Shown here one piece after another: positions 18,699 to 28,423 of a stretch of 64,000 bases of DNA; position 1 is the stretch's first letter, and each line of letters opens with the position of its first letter. The notes below the pieces were generated by a model that saw nothing but the letters and a program-made list of their open reading frames with translations, did no database searches and was not told where the DNA came from. The position numbers and the translations under genes are program-made. The stretch comes from a virus (taxonomy: Duplodnaviria; Caudoviricetes). The stretch is from positions 192,001 through 256,000 of the IMG/VR virus record IMGVR_UViG_3300011559_000001. One strand, 5' to 3'.

Positions 18699-19673
18699 GT
18701 GACCAACCACCTGTCGTCCACTCGAGTGGACGTGATCTGCAGTAGCGAAGTCCAGGCTGCGCTTGAGGCGCATCTGGATTCGCAGATCTACCGTTTCCCC
18801 CATACCAGCGTTTCGCTGGAAACCCAACAGCTCGATGAAGCCAAGAAGGTTTCTGATCTGGCGGAACACCACGAAAACATCAAGAGGCTGCTGAAGGCCG
18901 AAAAGCCCACCGGTGTTCCGCACCTGTTCGTGCTGGACGCCAAGGCGCTGGCCAGCGGTGATGCTCAGTCTCAGTCGGTACTGCAAGCACTGGCCAGCCA
19001 GCAGTTCAACCGCAACACCTCTGTGGCGCTGCTGCCTCCGATTACCGAGCGTACCCCCGAGGTCGAACTGGCAGCGCAAACCATCAAGGATGGCCTGTTG
19101 CAGGAAGCCGGTGTCGTGGCGCTGGAATCGGTGGAGGCCATCAACAAGTTCTTCGGCACCGTCCGGGCGACACCGGCGCTGGAAGGTCTGGAAGTCAGCA
19201 TGGAAAAGATCGGCTTCCTGCGCCGGCTGTTCGAATCCAAGGAAGCCTACCGTGGTACGGTCACCCAGCAGCAGATCCTCAGTCTGCTCAAGCAACACGA
19301 TGCCACGATTTATCCGTGGAGCGAAGAAGACATCGAGCGTGTGGAGAAGACCCTGAAGGTCCGCTTCCACCACGATTCCCATCGCCTGCTGGCCAACATC
19401 GGCGCGATTCGTCTGGGACCGCTGGTCACCTACGGTCCGACGGAGATGATCGAAAAGACCGCATGGCTCAATGAGCTGTGTCCGGTTCCGAAGAGTTGGG
19501 TGTTGATCTCCTCGCAGACCTACGCTGACGAGCCGGACAACCCGTACTTTGTGATCCTCAACACCTCCACCGGCAAGTGCTCGGCCTTCCCGCTGCAGGG
19601 TGGGTTCATCACTGACCCGAAGATGCCGTTCAGCAATATCCTGCTGTCGGCTGTCCGTGAAGTGATTCGCTGA
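18699..19673 (+). CDS. Probable head-processed protein with a C-terminal SMI1/KNR4 (SUKH)-like domain
   Basis: SEEDIERVEKTLKVRF...LLANIG SUKH pattern; S/A-x-E motifs (SLE, ALE, SME) upstream of the domain. Confidence 0.55.
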   Translation: MTNHLSSTRVDVICSSEVQAALEAHLDSQIYRFPHTSVSLETQQLDEAKKVSDLAEHHENIKRLLKAEKPTGVPHLFVLDAKALASGDAQSQSVLQALASQQFNRNTSVALLPPITERTPEVELAAQTIKDGLLQEAGVVALESVEAINKFFGTVRATPALEGLEVSMEKIGFLRRLFESKEAYRGTVTQQQILSLLKQHDATIYPWSEEDIERVEKTLKVRFHHDSHRLLANIGAIRLGPLVTYGPTEMIEKTAWLNELCPVPKSWVLISSQTYADEPDNPYFVILNTSTGKCSAFPLQGGFITDPKMPFSNILLSAVREVIR

Positions 19674-19674
19674 C

Positions 19675-19712
19675 CATAAGTCCCCACCCTTCGGGGTGGG
19701 GTTTATGCCGTC
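19675..19712 (+). terminator. Hairpin terminator
   Basis: CCCCACCC-TTCG-GGGTGGGG-TTTATGCCGTC. Confidence 0.8.
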
Positions 19713-19744
19713 GAAAAAAATACGATTGAAACGGATCTGACAAA

Positions 19745-19752
19745 TATATTAC
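19745..19752 (+). promoter_or_regulatory. Putative early (virion RNAP) promoter motif TATATTAC
   Basis: Matches the phiKZ early promoter consensus as recalled; lies after a terminator and before a new operon. Confidence 0.5.
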
Positions 19753-19888
19753 TTTTACGACAGCGTACCTGAACTTGGTACTCCTGAGTCTGCGGTGGGG
19801 GCCTTGAGTGCTTGTTGGCAGATTTGCCCCTTGCCAGCAAGGTGCGAGCTCCTGTGCCCCCACCACCTATTCCAACCAAGGATCGATC

Positions 19889-20770
19889 ATGCAATTCCAG
19901 AAAGCCTACCGTCGTCAAACCCTCAAAGTCGTTTACGGCTTGGTCCTGTTCTTCAACGAGAACCGCGACGGTCCCAGCATCGAAGTCGCAATGGAAACCT
20001 TGGCTGAGTATTTCCCGGATGTCGAAGTGGAAGTGCGTCACGTCGATCAGCCCAAGCGCTTCCAACTGCAGAGCGGTATCACCCTGTCCTTGGAGAATAT
20101 CCAGGAGCAGATGTACAACTCGCTCAAGGGGCAAGACAGCACCACCTTGCAGATCAAGTCCGGCTCCAGCTGGCATGACTCGATCGTCCAGGCCATCGCC
20201 GGTCTGAAAGACATCCAGGAGACCTGCGGGATTTCTCGCCTGTACGATGCCCTCAAGTACCTGACCATTCCCAGTGAAGACCGTAAGGAAATCCTGGACC
20301 TGTACATGAAGGTGGTGGTCAAGGGTACCCCGCTGCCGGAAAACGAGACCATCTACGATCCGGTGGGCTCTACCTTCCGTATCGACCCGTTGGCCTTGGC
20401 CGAAGTTCTGGCCAAGCCCGACGCACCCAACGAAGAAGAACTGGTCGACCCCACGTACTTCAATCCGTGGAATGACCTGTTCCCGCGCATCTTCGGGAAC
20501 TACAGCAGTGCGATGGATGATCTGTTCATCTACGCCCTCAAGGCCGTTGCCAATCACGGCCATCGGGCCTTCCGCGAGCAGTACGGTGAAGAGCTGGCCG
20601 AGCTGGTCCTCTACACCTTGGCCGGTCATGATCTTACCGAATACGGCACCTCTCCGCGGACGGCCTACCCGAACCCGCAGGTGGCCGATCAGTGGGACCT
20701 GCTGATCACCAAGTGGGAGAACTACCGTACGGCCAACGACACCAAGGCCGACGGCACCCGCCACGACTGA
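19889..20770 (+). CDS. Hypothetical protein
   Basis: ATG 19889 after AAGGA; C-terminal LTEYGTSPR motif. Confidence 0.75.
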   Translation: MQFQKAYRRQTLKVVYGLVLFFNENRDGPSIEVAMETLAEYFPDVEVEVRHVDQPKRFQLQSGITLSLENIQEQMYNSLKGQDSTTLQIKSGSSWHDSIVQAIAGLKDIQETCGISRLYDALKYLTIPSEDRKEILDLYMKVVVKGTPLPENETIYDPVGSTFRIDPLALAEVLAKPDAPNEEELVDPTYFNPWNDLFPRIFGNYSSAMDDLFIYALKAVANHGHRAFREQYGEELAELVLYTLAGHDLTEYGTSPRTAYPNPQVADQWDLLITKWENYRTANDTKADGTRHD

Positions 20771-20836
20771 CCGCAGTAAGCTTCAACACATTCACCTTCC
20801 CTGTATACACCGCCCTTCCTTTCGAGATCAATCTCC

Positions 20837-21406
20837 ATGAACGTCCAGTCCATCAAGAAGTCCTTCACCCGTTCGCTGCGTGGCATGGTCCACAGCCTGT
20901 TCCACAACAGCTCCAATCCGGCCGTTGTGGGTCGCAACGAACACCACCTGGAAAACGAGTACCGTCGCCGCCTGTCCTCTCCGTTGGGTGCAGCGGCGCT
21001 GCTGGGTAGCTGGATCTTCGAGGACGAGCACGTCCTGGAGGTCCTGAGCAAGAACCCGGCCACCCAGCCGCAGTTGATGCGCGTTGCGGTGATCGGTGAC
21101 GAAATCCGCATCAACTTGTTCCGCCTGGAGCGTTTCCCCGGCGGCCCGCTGACCCCGGCCTACAACGACAACTGGCAGAAGGACGGCATCATCGACTTCG
21201 TCATGACCCAGGCTGTGGTTGGTAAGTCCAATGTGGCCGATGTCCCCGCTTACCGTCAGGAGTACAAGCACCTGGTGCGTGAGCTGCAGGCTGACCTCAG
21301 CTACGACGCCTACGAACCGTACGCCTCGCTCACGCTCCCGCTGGTGCCGGAGGAGATGGGTGAGATCAACGCAGTCACCACTCCGGCCTGGAGGCAGCTC
21401 TCCTAA
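20837..21406 (+). CDS. Hypothetical protein
   Basis: 189-aa ORF with phage codon bias. Confidence 0.75.
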   Translation: MNVQSIKKSFTRSLRGMVHSLFHNSSNPAVVGRNEHHLENEYRRRLSSPLGAAALLGSWIFEDEHVLEVLSKNPATQPQLMRVAVIGDEIRINLFRLERFPGGPLTPAYNDNWQKDGIIDFVMTQAVVGKSNVADVPAYRQEYKHLVRELQADLSYDAYEPYASLTLPLVPEEMGEINAVTTPAWRQLS

Positions 21407-21454
21407 CGGAGACTGTCTCATGCATCAACCCCTCAACTTCCAAAGGTATCCACC

Positions 21455-22048
21455 ATGAAACTGAAGTCCACGATGGCCCTGCTGGCCGCCCTGCTGATGG
21501 TTGGCTGTGTGCCCACCACCAATTCCTCCACCCCGGCGCAGCGTCTGGATCGTGCCGAGCGCACGGCCGAGACCCTGCAGAAGAGCGAAAGCCCGAACAT
21601 GGCCTTCGTTCCGCCCACCACCCAGGCCCAGTACGCGGTCGCTCCGGCTCCGCTGACCAACGCCACCAAGCAGCAGGCAGTGCCGGCTGACAGCACCGAG
21701 TACCAGGTCGATCTGGTCGAGATGACCCAGGCCATCAACACCAGCAACGCCGGCCGCTTCGTTGGCCTGCCCACCGGCTTCAAGCACGGCTACCCGATCT
21801 TCCCGGCCACCTGCATCTTCGATCCGGGCAATGCCACCTGCCAGCTGGCCGATGGTGAAGAAGTCGATGAAGCTTATCTGGTGGCCCACACCACCGTGAT
21901 CCGCAACATCGATGTGCTGGGTCTGACCTGCGGTCTGATCTGCGTGGACGAGGACGGCAACGTTCTGGGCCACGTGTCCAAGGAAATGATCGCATGGCGC
22001 GATCGCAATTGCACCTGGGTGGACTACGGCACCCCCAAGTGTAAGTAA
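21455..22048 (+). CDS. Lipoprotein with a Cys-rich C-terminal domain
   Basis: MKLK, hydrophobic stretch and lipobox MVGC; six further Cys residues. Confidence 0.75.
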   Translation: MKLKSTMALLAALLMVGCVPTTNSSTPAQRLDRAERTAETLQKSESPNMAFVPPTTQAQYAVAPAPLTNATKQQAVPADSTEYQVDLVEMTQAINTSNAGRFVGLPTGFKHGYPIFPATCIFDPGNATCQLADGEEVDEAYLVAHTTVIRNIDVLGLTCGLICVDEDGNVLGHVSKEMIAWRDRNCTWVDYGTPKCK

Positions 22049-22095
22049 CACCCCTGCCGTCAACTACCTCACTAAGAGAATAAGAAGAAACTAAA

Positions 22096-22554
22096 ATGAT
22101 TGAAACGATTACTATCCAACACAACGCCTTCGCCTCCACTGCTGCTGTGGACGCTTTCAAGGCAATCCTGGCTGAACTGCTGGCTGAGGAAGGCTCCACG
22201 CCGACCATCATCGTCCAGAAGGTCAAGCCGTTCCAGCTCGACGGCAACCAGTTCCGCGTGGTCTGGCTGGGCGGCTACAGCTTCACCTCCCCGGATGAGC
22301 ACTTCAAATTCCACGAAGACAACCTCCGTGCGGAAGTGGAAGCGACCGACCTGGACTTCGATGTCTACACCAAGCTGGTGGCTGCTCGCAGTCGTCAGTT
22401 GGTCATGGGCTACCGCAACGCACTGCGTGGCGTGTACAACATGACCGTGGACCTCAATGCCGGCGTGAGTGCCTACGTCCCGGTGATGCCGGTGAACGAG
22501 TACGTCCAGAAGACGTTGGAAGCGGCCCTGACCGCCTTCCCCAACACCAACTGA
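22096..22554 (+). CDS. Hypothetical protein
   Basis: 152 aa, A-rich leader, strong codon bias. Confidence 0.75.
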   Translation: MIETITIQHNAFASTAAVDAFKAILAELLAEEGSTPTIIVQKVKPFQLDGNQFRVVWLGGYSFTSPDEHFKFHEDNLRAEVEATDLDFDVYTKLVAARSRQLVMGYRNALRGVYNMTVDLNAGVSAYVPVMPVNEYVQKTLEAALTAFPNTN

Positions 22555-22613
22555 CGGCATAACCAGAGGACTCCCACTCGGGAGTCCTCTGGCGTCTGTG
22601 CCGTTTTCTTTTT
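22553..22613. terminator. Bidirectional hairpin
   Basis: GACGGCATAA-CCAGAGGACTCCC-ACTC-GGGAGTCCTCTGG-CGTC-TGTGCCGTT then a T-run. Confidence 0.85.
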
Positions 22614-22616
22614 GGC

Positions 22617-23417
22617 TTAGTTGTTGCCGCCCACGATCATCCGAAGCATGCGCTCCTTGGTACGGGTATCGTCCATGTGCATGACCTTCTGGAACACGTC
22701 ACGGAAGTACTCTTTGTACATCTGGTTGGCATCGGAGTAGCTGTCCACCGTTTCACGGAAGACGCCCAGCTCCATACCACCCACCAGCTGACCCATGCCG
22801 ATGCGGATACGGCCCTTGGTGTAGATGTAGGCCTTGATGGCGTATTCCACCAACTGACTGAAGTGCGGCTGGGCCGGACCACTCAGGGTGGAGAACTCAT
22901 CGTCCTGTTCCAGGAAACAACGCAGGAACGAGGCGCGCGGCAAGGACAGGTAGTCACTGACCAACACGGTGTTCTCGGCGATCAACCGGATATAGGCGGT
23001 GGAGACGATCGGGATACCCGCTTGGGCACTCATCAATCCTTGAGCTGCTTCCAGAATCTGGGAGTAGCCTTCCACACCCATGTACGAGGTGTTCATCATC
23101 GTGGACTGGCCGATGGTCAACCCCAGCACGCGCGAGATGCGCCGGTTCTGGGTGAGAGACATCGGAATGCGGTAGACGATCTTGTACATGTCCACCTGTT
23201 CAGGAGTCACCCCATGCAAGGGTAGCTCCACTTGCGTACCGCCTACCAACTTGCAGTCGGGCATCACGCGGGCATCGATGACCTTCTCACGGATCATCGT
23301 GTCCAGCGACACCGGCAGCTGCTGCTGGCCGAATTCACGCTTGAGGAAGATCTCCTGGAGGATCTCTTCAGGAATCTCCCACTTGGCGTCTTGGATTGCT
23401 TTGTCAATTGCACCCAT
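22617..23417 (-). CDS. Conserved phiKZ-like protein, possibly structural
   Basis: 266 aa, AGGAG RBS, TATG upstream on the minus strand, next to phuZ. Confidence 0.6.
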   Translation of the reverse strand: MGAIDKAIQDAKWEIPEEILQEIFLKREFGQQQLPVSLDTMIREKVIDARVMPDCKLVGGTQVELPLHGVTPEQVDMYKIVYRIPMSLTQNRRISRVLGLTIGQSTMMNTSYMGVEGYSQILEAAQGLMSAQAGIPIVSTAYIRLIAENTVLVSDYLSLPRASFLRCFLEQDDEFSTLSGPAQPHFSQLVEYAIKAYIYTKGRIRIGMGQLVGGMELGVFRETVDSYSDANQMYKEYFRDVFQKVMHMDDTRTKERMLRMIVGGNN

Positions 23418-23572
23418 GGTGGGCTCCTAATAGAACTTCATAGGAATACCCCACGAATCAACCAACTTTCAAAACTAGAATATCTACTTGAGCAGTCTGA
23501 ATGAACATCTGTAATTTTTCGCTCAGGCAGCTTCATGGTTTGATCTGTCAACCGTGCCTCTGGAGGCCACCC

Positions 23573-24106
23573 GTGTCAAAGTCCCCGTTAGGAGATAACA
23601 CCGGCTGGGTGGTGAACACCGACCGCCACTATGCTTCACGTGAACTGGATCAACCCACTCACGACATGCTGGCGCTGGTGGCAGTGGCGCTGGATCCTGA
23701 ACTGTCCCAGATGGAACGCTTCTTTCCGGAGCGGGTGATCTTGGCAGTCAGGGTCGGAAAGCGTACGCTGCACATCCGGGCTTACAACCGTGACGAAGTG
23801 GAACGACGGCCTGATGAAATGGCTTCTCGCTCTGCCTACCGCGATACCTACACGTACATCGCCTTTGATCTGCACGACAACAAACCTAAGTTGTTGGAAG
23901 GTCAACTGCGCGATGATGCTCAAGGCCATCGTCCCATGCTGTACGGCGATCGCCGTCTCAGTGCTGAACGGGTGTATGAACTGGACCAGTTGCAGGCCAA
24001 GTTCCTCAGGCGCCTTCCGCTGACCGCGGCAGGGGCTCTGTTGGAAATGACGGCCCTTGCGATTTTCCAAGACAAACCTTCCAACTCCATCGAAACCGCT
24101 GCATAA
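23573..24106 (+). CDS. Hypothetical protein
   Basis: GTG 23573 after GGAGG; ends 10 nt before phuZ. Confidence 0.7.
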   Translation: MSKSPLGDNTGWVVNTDRHYASRELDQPTHDMLALVAVALDPELSQMERFFPERVILAVRVGKRTLHIRAYNRDEVERRPDEMASRSAYRDTYTYIAFDLHDNKPKLLEGQLRDDAQGHRPMLYGDRRLSAERVYELDQLQAKFLRRLPLTAAGALLEMTALAIFQDKPSNSIETAA

Positions 24107-24116
24107 GGGAAACAAC

Positions 24117-25112
24117 ATGTCGCAGAACAACGCCAACCTTCCGCCGCACGGCACCTTCCGTATCTACGGCGCTGGCGGCGCTGGTATCAACATCGTCGGT
24201 GGCTGGAACTCGGTCAACGGTACCAAGCCGGGTCCGGGCACGGGCCTGACCGAGCTGGCCTACATCGACACCTCCCGCTCCAACCTGCCGGCCGGCGTCG
24301 ACCCGGACCTGGTCTTCGTGCTGGAAGGCGTGGACGGTTCGGGTAAGGTGCGCGCTGAGAACCACGTGGAAATCGGCCGCAACATCCGCAACGTCATCCA
24401 GCAGCACGAGCCGGGCGATCTCAACGTGGTGGTGTTCTCCGCCTCCGGCGGCTCCGGCTCGGTCTTCGGTCCGCTGCTGGTGTCTGAGCTGATCGAACGC
24501 GGTCAGCCGGTGCTGGCCATCGTGATCGGTTCGGAAGAATCCAACATCACCGCCAAGAACACCCTCAACACCCTGAAGTCGCTCGAAGCGATCTCCAAGA
24601 AGAAGGGCGTGCCGGTGGTGATGGCCTACCTGCACAACGAGCGCAATGCCAAGCGTTCGGACGTGGACACCCGGGCCCGCTACGTGATGTCGACCCTGGC
24701 CATGCTGGCCAGCCGTCGCAACCACGCTCTGGACACCAAGGACCTGATCCACTTCTTCAACTTCTCCAAGGTCACCTCGGTGGAAGCGCAGCTGGCACTG
24801 CTGCACGTCTACTCCGACCCCAACGAAGTGGACGCTGCGTCCGGCCCGATCGCCATCGCCTCGCTGATGCGTGATCCGGACCAGGTCGGCTACACGATCA
24901 CCCCCGAGTACGAAACCACCGGCTACCCGTCCGAAGCCATCGACACCTTCGACCAGCTGCACTTCGTGATCACCACCGACGGCGTCCAGGGCATCAACAA
25001 GACCCTGAACTCGCGCATCGATGAAGTCACCAAGAACAGCGCCGCCCGCGTCAAGCACGATTCGATCGTGACGGCCAGCGACGCGGTCACCGACGACGGC
25101 CTGGTCCTGTAA
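24117..25112 (+). CDS. phuZ: Phage tubulin PhuZ
   Basis: GAGGAGINI, YIDTS, DGSGKVR, tubulin signature SASGGSGS, LDTKD T7 loop, acidic DDGLVL tail. Confidence 0.93.
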   Translation: MSQNNANLPPHGTFRIYGAGGAGINIVGGWNSVNGTKPGPGTGLTELAYIDTSRSNLPAGVDPDLVFVLEGVDGSGKVRAENHVEIGRNIRNVIQQHEPGDLNVVVFSASGGSGSVFGPLLVSELIERGQPVLAIVIGSEESNITAKNTLNTLKSLEAISKKKGVPVVMAYLHNERNAKRSDVDTRARYVMSTLAMLASRRNHALDTKDLIHFFNFSKVTSVEAQLALLHVYSDPNEVDAASGPIAIASLMRDPDQVGYTITPEYETTGYPSEAIDTFDQLHFVITTDGVQGINKTLNSRIDEVTKNSAARVKHDSIVTASDAVTDDGLVL

Positions 25113-25120
25113 GGACCCCT

Positions 25121-25167
25121 GACTCCCAGACCCCTGCTTCGGCGGGGGTCTGGAGTCTATGCCTTTT
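25121..25167 (+). terminator. phuZ terminator
   Basis: GACTCCCAGACCCCTGC-TTCG-GCGGGGGTCTGGAGTC-TATGCCTTTT. Confidence 0.8.
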
Positions 25168-25182
25168 CTCTTGAGGTCCACC

Positions 25183-25383
25183 ATGAACGATCTGTTCGTT
25201 TGCGACAAGTGCAACAACATCGATGCGCTGGAGTTTGCGTACCCCGATGGCTACACCCCCGGTCTTCCCTACGAGTGCACCCAATGTCAAACTGGTCAAT
25301 GGCACGGCCTGCTCCACCAGCGAGCCTACGACCCGGAGAAGGATACGGTAGTGAACCGTCCAACGGGTATCGGGATGAGCTAA
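25183..25383 (+). CDS. Small zinc-ribbon protein
   Basis: GAGG RBS; CDKC...CTQC. Confidence 0.7.
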   Translation: MNDLFVCDKCNNIDALEFAYPDGYTPGLPYECTQCQTGQWHGLLHQRAYDPEKDTVVNRPTGIGMS

Positions 25384-25841
25384 CGCTCGTCATCCGACAG
25401 AACCCCTACCAAGACCTTTCCGAGTACAGCCAGCAGATCCTCCATGGGTTTGGTGTGGATGGACACTGGCTGTTTACCCTTTTCGTTGATCTGATCCAGA
25501 AGGGTCACGTCGACACCAGCAATACCCGATGGCAGTACGATGGTAGCTTTGCCCGCATGATGCTGGCCGCTGAAGATCTCTTCACCACATGGCTGATCCA
25601 AGCTGCTGAAGGGGAAGGCATGTGCGATGATCAGCTGGCTATCCTCGACGCTGTGGCTGAAGAGGAAGTCCCCACGCTGATTGGCGAGGCTGAACCGATC
25701 CTGTACCAGATGTGCCTGCTCTTGAGCAGCATGTCGCCCCCGCCCGGGATGCAACACCAGCGACTGGACAAGTATCTGGTGGGCTACTCGATGAACGGCC
25801 TGCACGCAGGCTATCTCCACTTCCAGTTCAACGACCTATGA
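25299..25841 (+). CDS. Hypothetical protein (start unresolved)
   Basis: Protein-like sequence from about 25380; stop coupled (ATGA) to the next gene. Confidence 0.6.
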   Translation: MARPAPPASLRPGEGYGSEPSNGYRDELTLVIRQNPYQDLSEYSQQILHGFGVDGHWLFTLFVDLIQKGHVDTSNTRWQYDGSFARMMLAAEDLFTTWLIQAAEGEGMCDDQLAILDAVAEEEVPTLIGEAEPILYQMCLLLSSMSPPPGMQHQRLDKYLVGYSMNGLHAGYLHFQFNDL

Positions 25842-26275
25842 AGATCGTCATTCCCTACGCCCCCGAAGAGCTGTTCTCTGACGCAGACCATCATCTGATG
25901 TCCTCGCTGGGGTTGGACCCGATCTTCCTGTTCAACCGAGCACTGGAAGATTGGACGCTCTATTCCTACGGCCAGGCGTGGGATAAATACGAGAACACCG
26001 TGGATTGCATTCACGAACATCTCTACGTGAAATACCAGCACAACCCGCAGCTGTTGGAATCGAGTGAGACCTTGCTCAACGACCGCGCTGACGAAGTCAC
26101 CTTGATGATCGTCCAAGTGGCCGGGTATCTGCACCGGGTCTTACAGGACATCCCTGATGATGTCGTGCGTGAAAGTCTCAACAGCGATGTCTACCACGTC
26201 CTGCGCGTGGAGAAGCTCGATCCCATCGGCCGCTACGGGCAGCTGTTCTCTCAGTCCGAACCCATGTACGCCTGA
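25838..26275 (+). CDS. Hypothetical protein
   Basis: ATGA coupling, starts MKIVIPY. Confidence 0.75.
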   Translation: MKIVIPYAPEELFSDADHHLMSSLGLDPIFLFNRALEDWTLYSYGQAWDKYENTVDCIHEHLYVKYQHNPQLLESSETLLNDRADEVTLMIVQVAGYLHRVLQDIPDDVVRESLNSDVYHVLRVEKLDPIGRYGQLFSQSEPMYA

Positions 26276-26299
26276 CCTCGTGTCAGGCGTTATGCTGTC
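26268..26299 (+). terminator. Hairpin plus TATGCTGTC, no U-tract
   Basis: ACGCCTGAC-CTCGT-GTCAGGCGT-TATGCTGTC. Confidence 0.55.
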
Positions 26300-26417
26300 A
26301 AACGCGCTAGAACGCGTTCTGCGCCCCGTACGTTATTAAGTACATACAACCGTAATCTAGTGAGCAGGAAGGCCGCTGTGGCGCTTCTGAGGCCTTTCCT
26401 GAATCGAGTCCATTCCC

Positions 26418-26807
26418 ATGCCCTTCAAGTCCAAGACGTTCAGTAACGGATTCATCTTCACCTTGCTACCCATTCTCGATGACCTCGAACCTGAGGTGAG
26501 TGGCGTGTACAAGGAACTGCACCTGTTGGATTACCCCTTCACCGAAAGTGATGTGGTGACCACTTGGGTCATGTACCAGCTGGAGCGCCACGCCCATCTG
26601 ACGTTGGAGTTCAACGCACAGAAGGAAGCAGCCCAGCTCATCACCTCGCTGACTGATAAGCGGTTTTTCGATAGCCAGATCGCCGCGCGCGATCAGCTGC
26701 TGTCGCAGGTGTTGCCAGCGTTGACTTGTCGAGAGTCAATCCCTTACACCGAACGCATCTGCCGTGTCTGGACCCGCCTTCCGGACCTGCACTTGCAATT
26801 TCTCTGA
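26418..26807 (+). CDS. Hypothetical protein
   Basis: 129-aa ORF heading an operon. Confidence 0.7.
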   Translation: MPFKSKTFSNGFIFTLLPILDDLEPEVSGVYKELHLLDYPFTESDVVTTWVMYQLERHAHLTLEFNAQKEAAQLITSLTDKRFFDSQIAARDQLLSQVLPALTCRESIPYTERICRVWTRLPDLHLQFL

Positions 26808-26821
26808 GAGCTGACGTAGCA

Positions 26822-27547
26822 ATGAACAAACTTCCCATCGGCACTGGTCTGTTGCTTCCGGCAGCGGATATGGGTGCTGGCATTCTGGAGCGAATGCAAG
26901 AGTTCGCTGAGCAACCGGGCATGGAGCCTATCAAGGCTGCCTTGGAGTACCGCCCTATTGCCAACGGCAAATGGGTAGGTATCAACCGTGCCTCGATCGC
27001 AGATCTGATCGCTTCGATCTATCTGGACATGCTGCACAACTTCAGCAAGTGGAACAAGGGCGCCACCGAGCAGTACACCCAAGCGCAGTGGATGCGTATG
27101 GTGGAAGGCTGGGAGTCGATCCCGACCAAGATCGAAAACGAGCTGTTCAACAAGGTCATCCGTGACGCCTACGAAGAAATCCACGACACGCTCAACTGGA
27201 TGGATTCTGAGTGCGACGGCTGGAGCATCTGGTACGTGCGCCGCAGTGGCTACGATGTCGTGATCGTGCGGGGTGAAGACTTCCGCATCGCCGACTGGGA
27301 ACGCCGCATGCAGGCTGGTGCGGATTACCTCAAGGCCAAGGAACTGGGTGAGGAACCGCCGTCCCACGCCTGGCTGCCGGACGAAGAAGCGACCCGCTTC
27401 ATCTCGCTGGTGGAATACGAACAGCGCAACGCGGGCCCGCTGGGTAAAACCGCCATCGACGAGTTGGACAAGGAGCGCGCTGAAAGCAAGCGTCAGGCCT
27501 TTGGCAACCGTCGTCGGATGTTCCGTGGTGAGGCACCGAATCTGTGA
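26822..27547 (+). CDS. Hypothetical protein (phiKZ-like, DFRIADWE motif)
   Basis: ATG 26822; coupled to the next gene. Confidence 0.75.
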   Translation: MNKLPIGTGLLLPAADMGAGILERMQEFAEQPGMEPIKAALEYRPIANGKWVGINRASIADLIASIYLDMLHNFSKWNKGATEQYTQAQWMRMVEGWESIPTKIENELFNKVIRDAYEEIHDTLNWMDSECDGWSIWYVRRSGYDVVIVRGEDFRIADWERRMQAGADYLKAKELGEEPPSHAWLPDEEATRFISLVEYEQRNAGPLGKTAIDELDKERAESKRQAFGNRRRMFRGEAPNL

Positions 27548-27990
27548 GTCGCGCCGCTCCGGTCCCACGCATTCGCATCATCAGTGGTCGGGCTCTGACG
27601 GAGACCATCCACGGGATCTTGGAGCAGCACATCGGATTTGTCGCCGGGATGATCAATCTGGAGAGCATCGCTGAGTCATTGCTGGAGGAGTTCTTCTTCG
27701 GCCATAGCTTGCGCGATGACTTCGACGATACGATGCGTGGTTTCAGTATCCCAACCGATAAGGTCAGCTACGCACGCACTCGCATCTTGCAGTGTCTGTG
27801 TGAGCAAGTCCACATGGCCTTTGAGGGTATCTGGCCCAGCCGCCACTACAGCTATCAGTTCATCCCGGGTGGTGATCTGATCATCACTGAGACCTCAGCC
27901 GTACCGGTCTTTGGTAGGCTGACTCAATCGACATGGGATGCCCATGAAAGTAATCATCATCGCAATTCGGGACATCTGGATTCGCTTTGA
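27544..27990 (+). CDS. Hypothetical protein
   Basis: GTGA coupling. Confidence 0.7.
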   Translation: MSRAAPVPRIRIISGRALTETIHGILEQHIGFVAGMINLESIAESLLEEFFFGHSLRDDFDDTMRGFSIPTDKVSYARTRILQCLCEQVHMAFEGIWPSRHYSYQFIPGGDLIITETSAVPVFGRLTQSTWDAHESNHHRNSGHLDSL

Positions 27991-28423
27991 GGAAGAAAGC
28001 CAAGCTCTGACGCATGCCGGACTGAGTGTGGAAGATGCAGTGAAGATGGCCTTTGGCTACGCAGCGTTGTCTAACCGCCGTCCATGGGGTCGACAAACGG
28101 TGCCGGTGGCCGTGGACATCTTCACTGCCGTGAGGAACCTGTTGATTGACCGCCTGCCCATGGATGATGACCGGCTGCCGTTTACCCGGCAGTCGGGTTA
28201 TGGCGTCAATGACATGCTGGTCTACCGGGTGGTAGACATCATCGGTGAAATCTCACACATGCTGTCCAATGCTGTAATCATGCAACTGGGCCAATTCCCA
28301 GCGAACCTCCAACTGAACAGTTTCACAGGACTGGACTTAGTCCTCCACCTGAACTCCGAGGATTCACGTGTACCTCATCCTTTCGCCCCAAGTCAAACCC
28401 AAAGACCTGAGCGAGCGGGCTGA
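27938..28423 (+). CDS. Hypothetical protein
   Basis: ORF in a packed operon. Confidence 0.7.
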   Translation: MPMKVIIIAIRDIWIRFEEESQALTHAGLSVEDAVKMAFGYAALSNRRPWGRQTVPVAVDIFTAVRNLLIDRLPMDDDRLPFTRQSGYGVNDMLVYRVVDIIGEISHMLSNAVIMQLGQFPANLQLNSFTGLDLVLHLNSEDSRVPHPFAPSQTQRPERAG

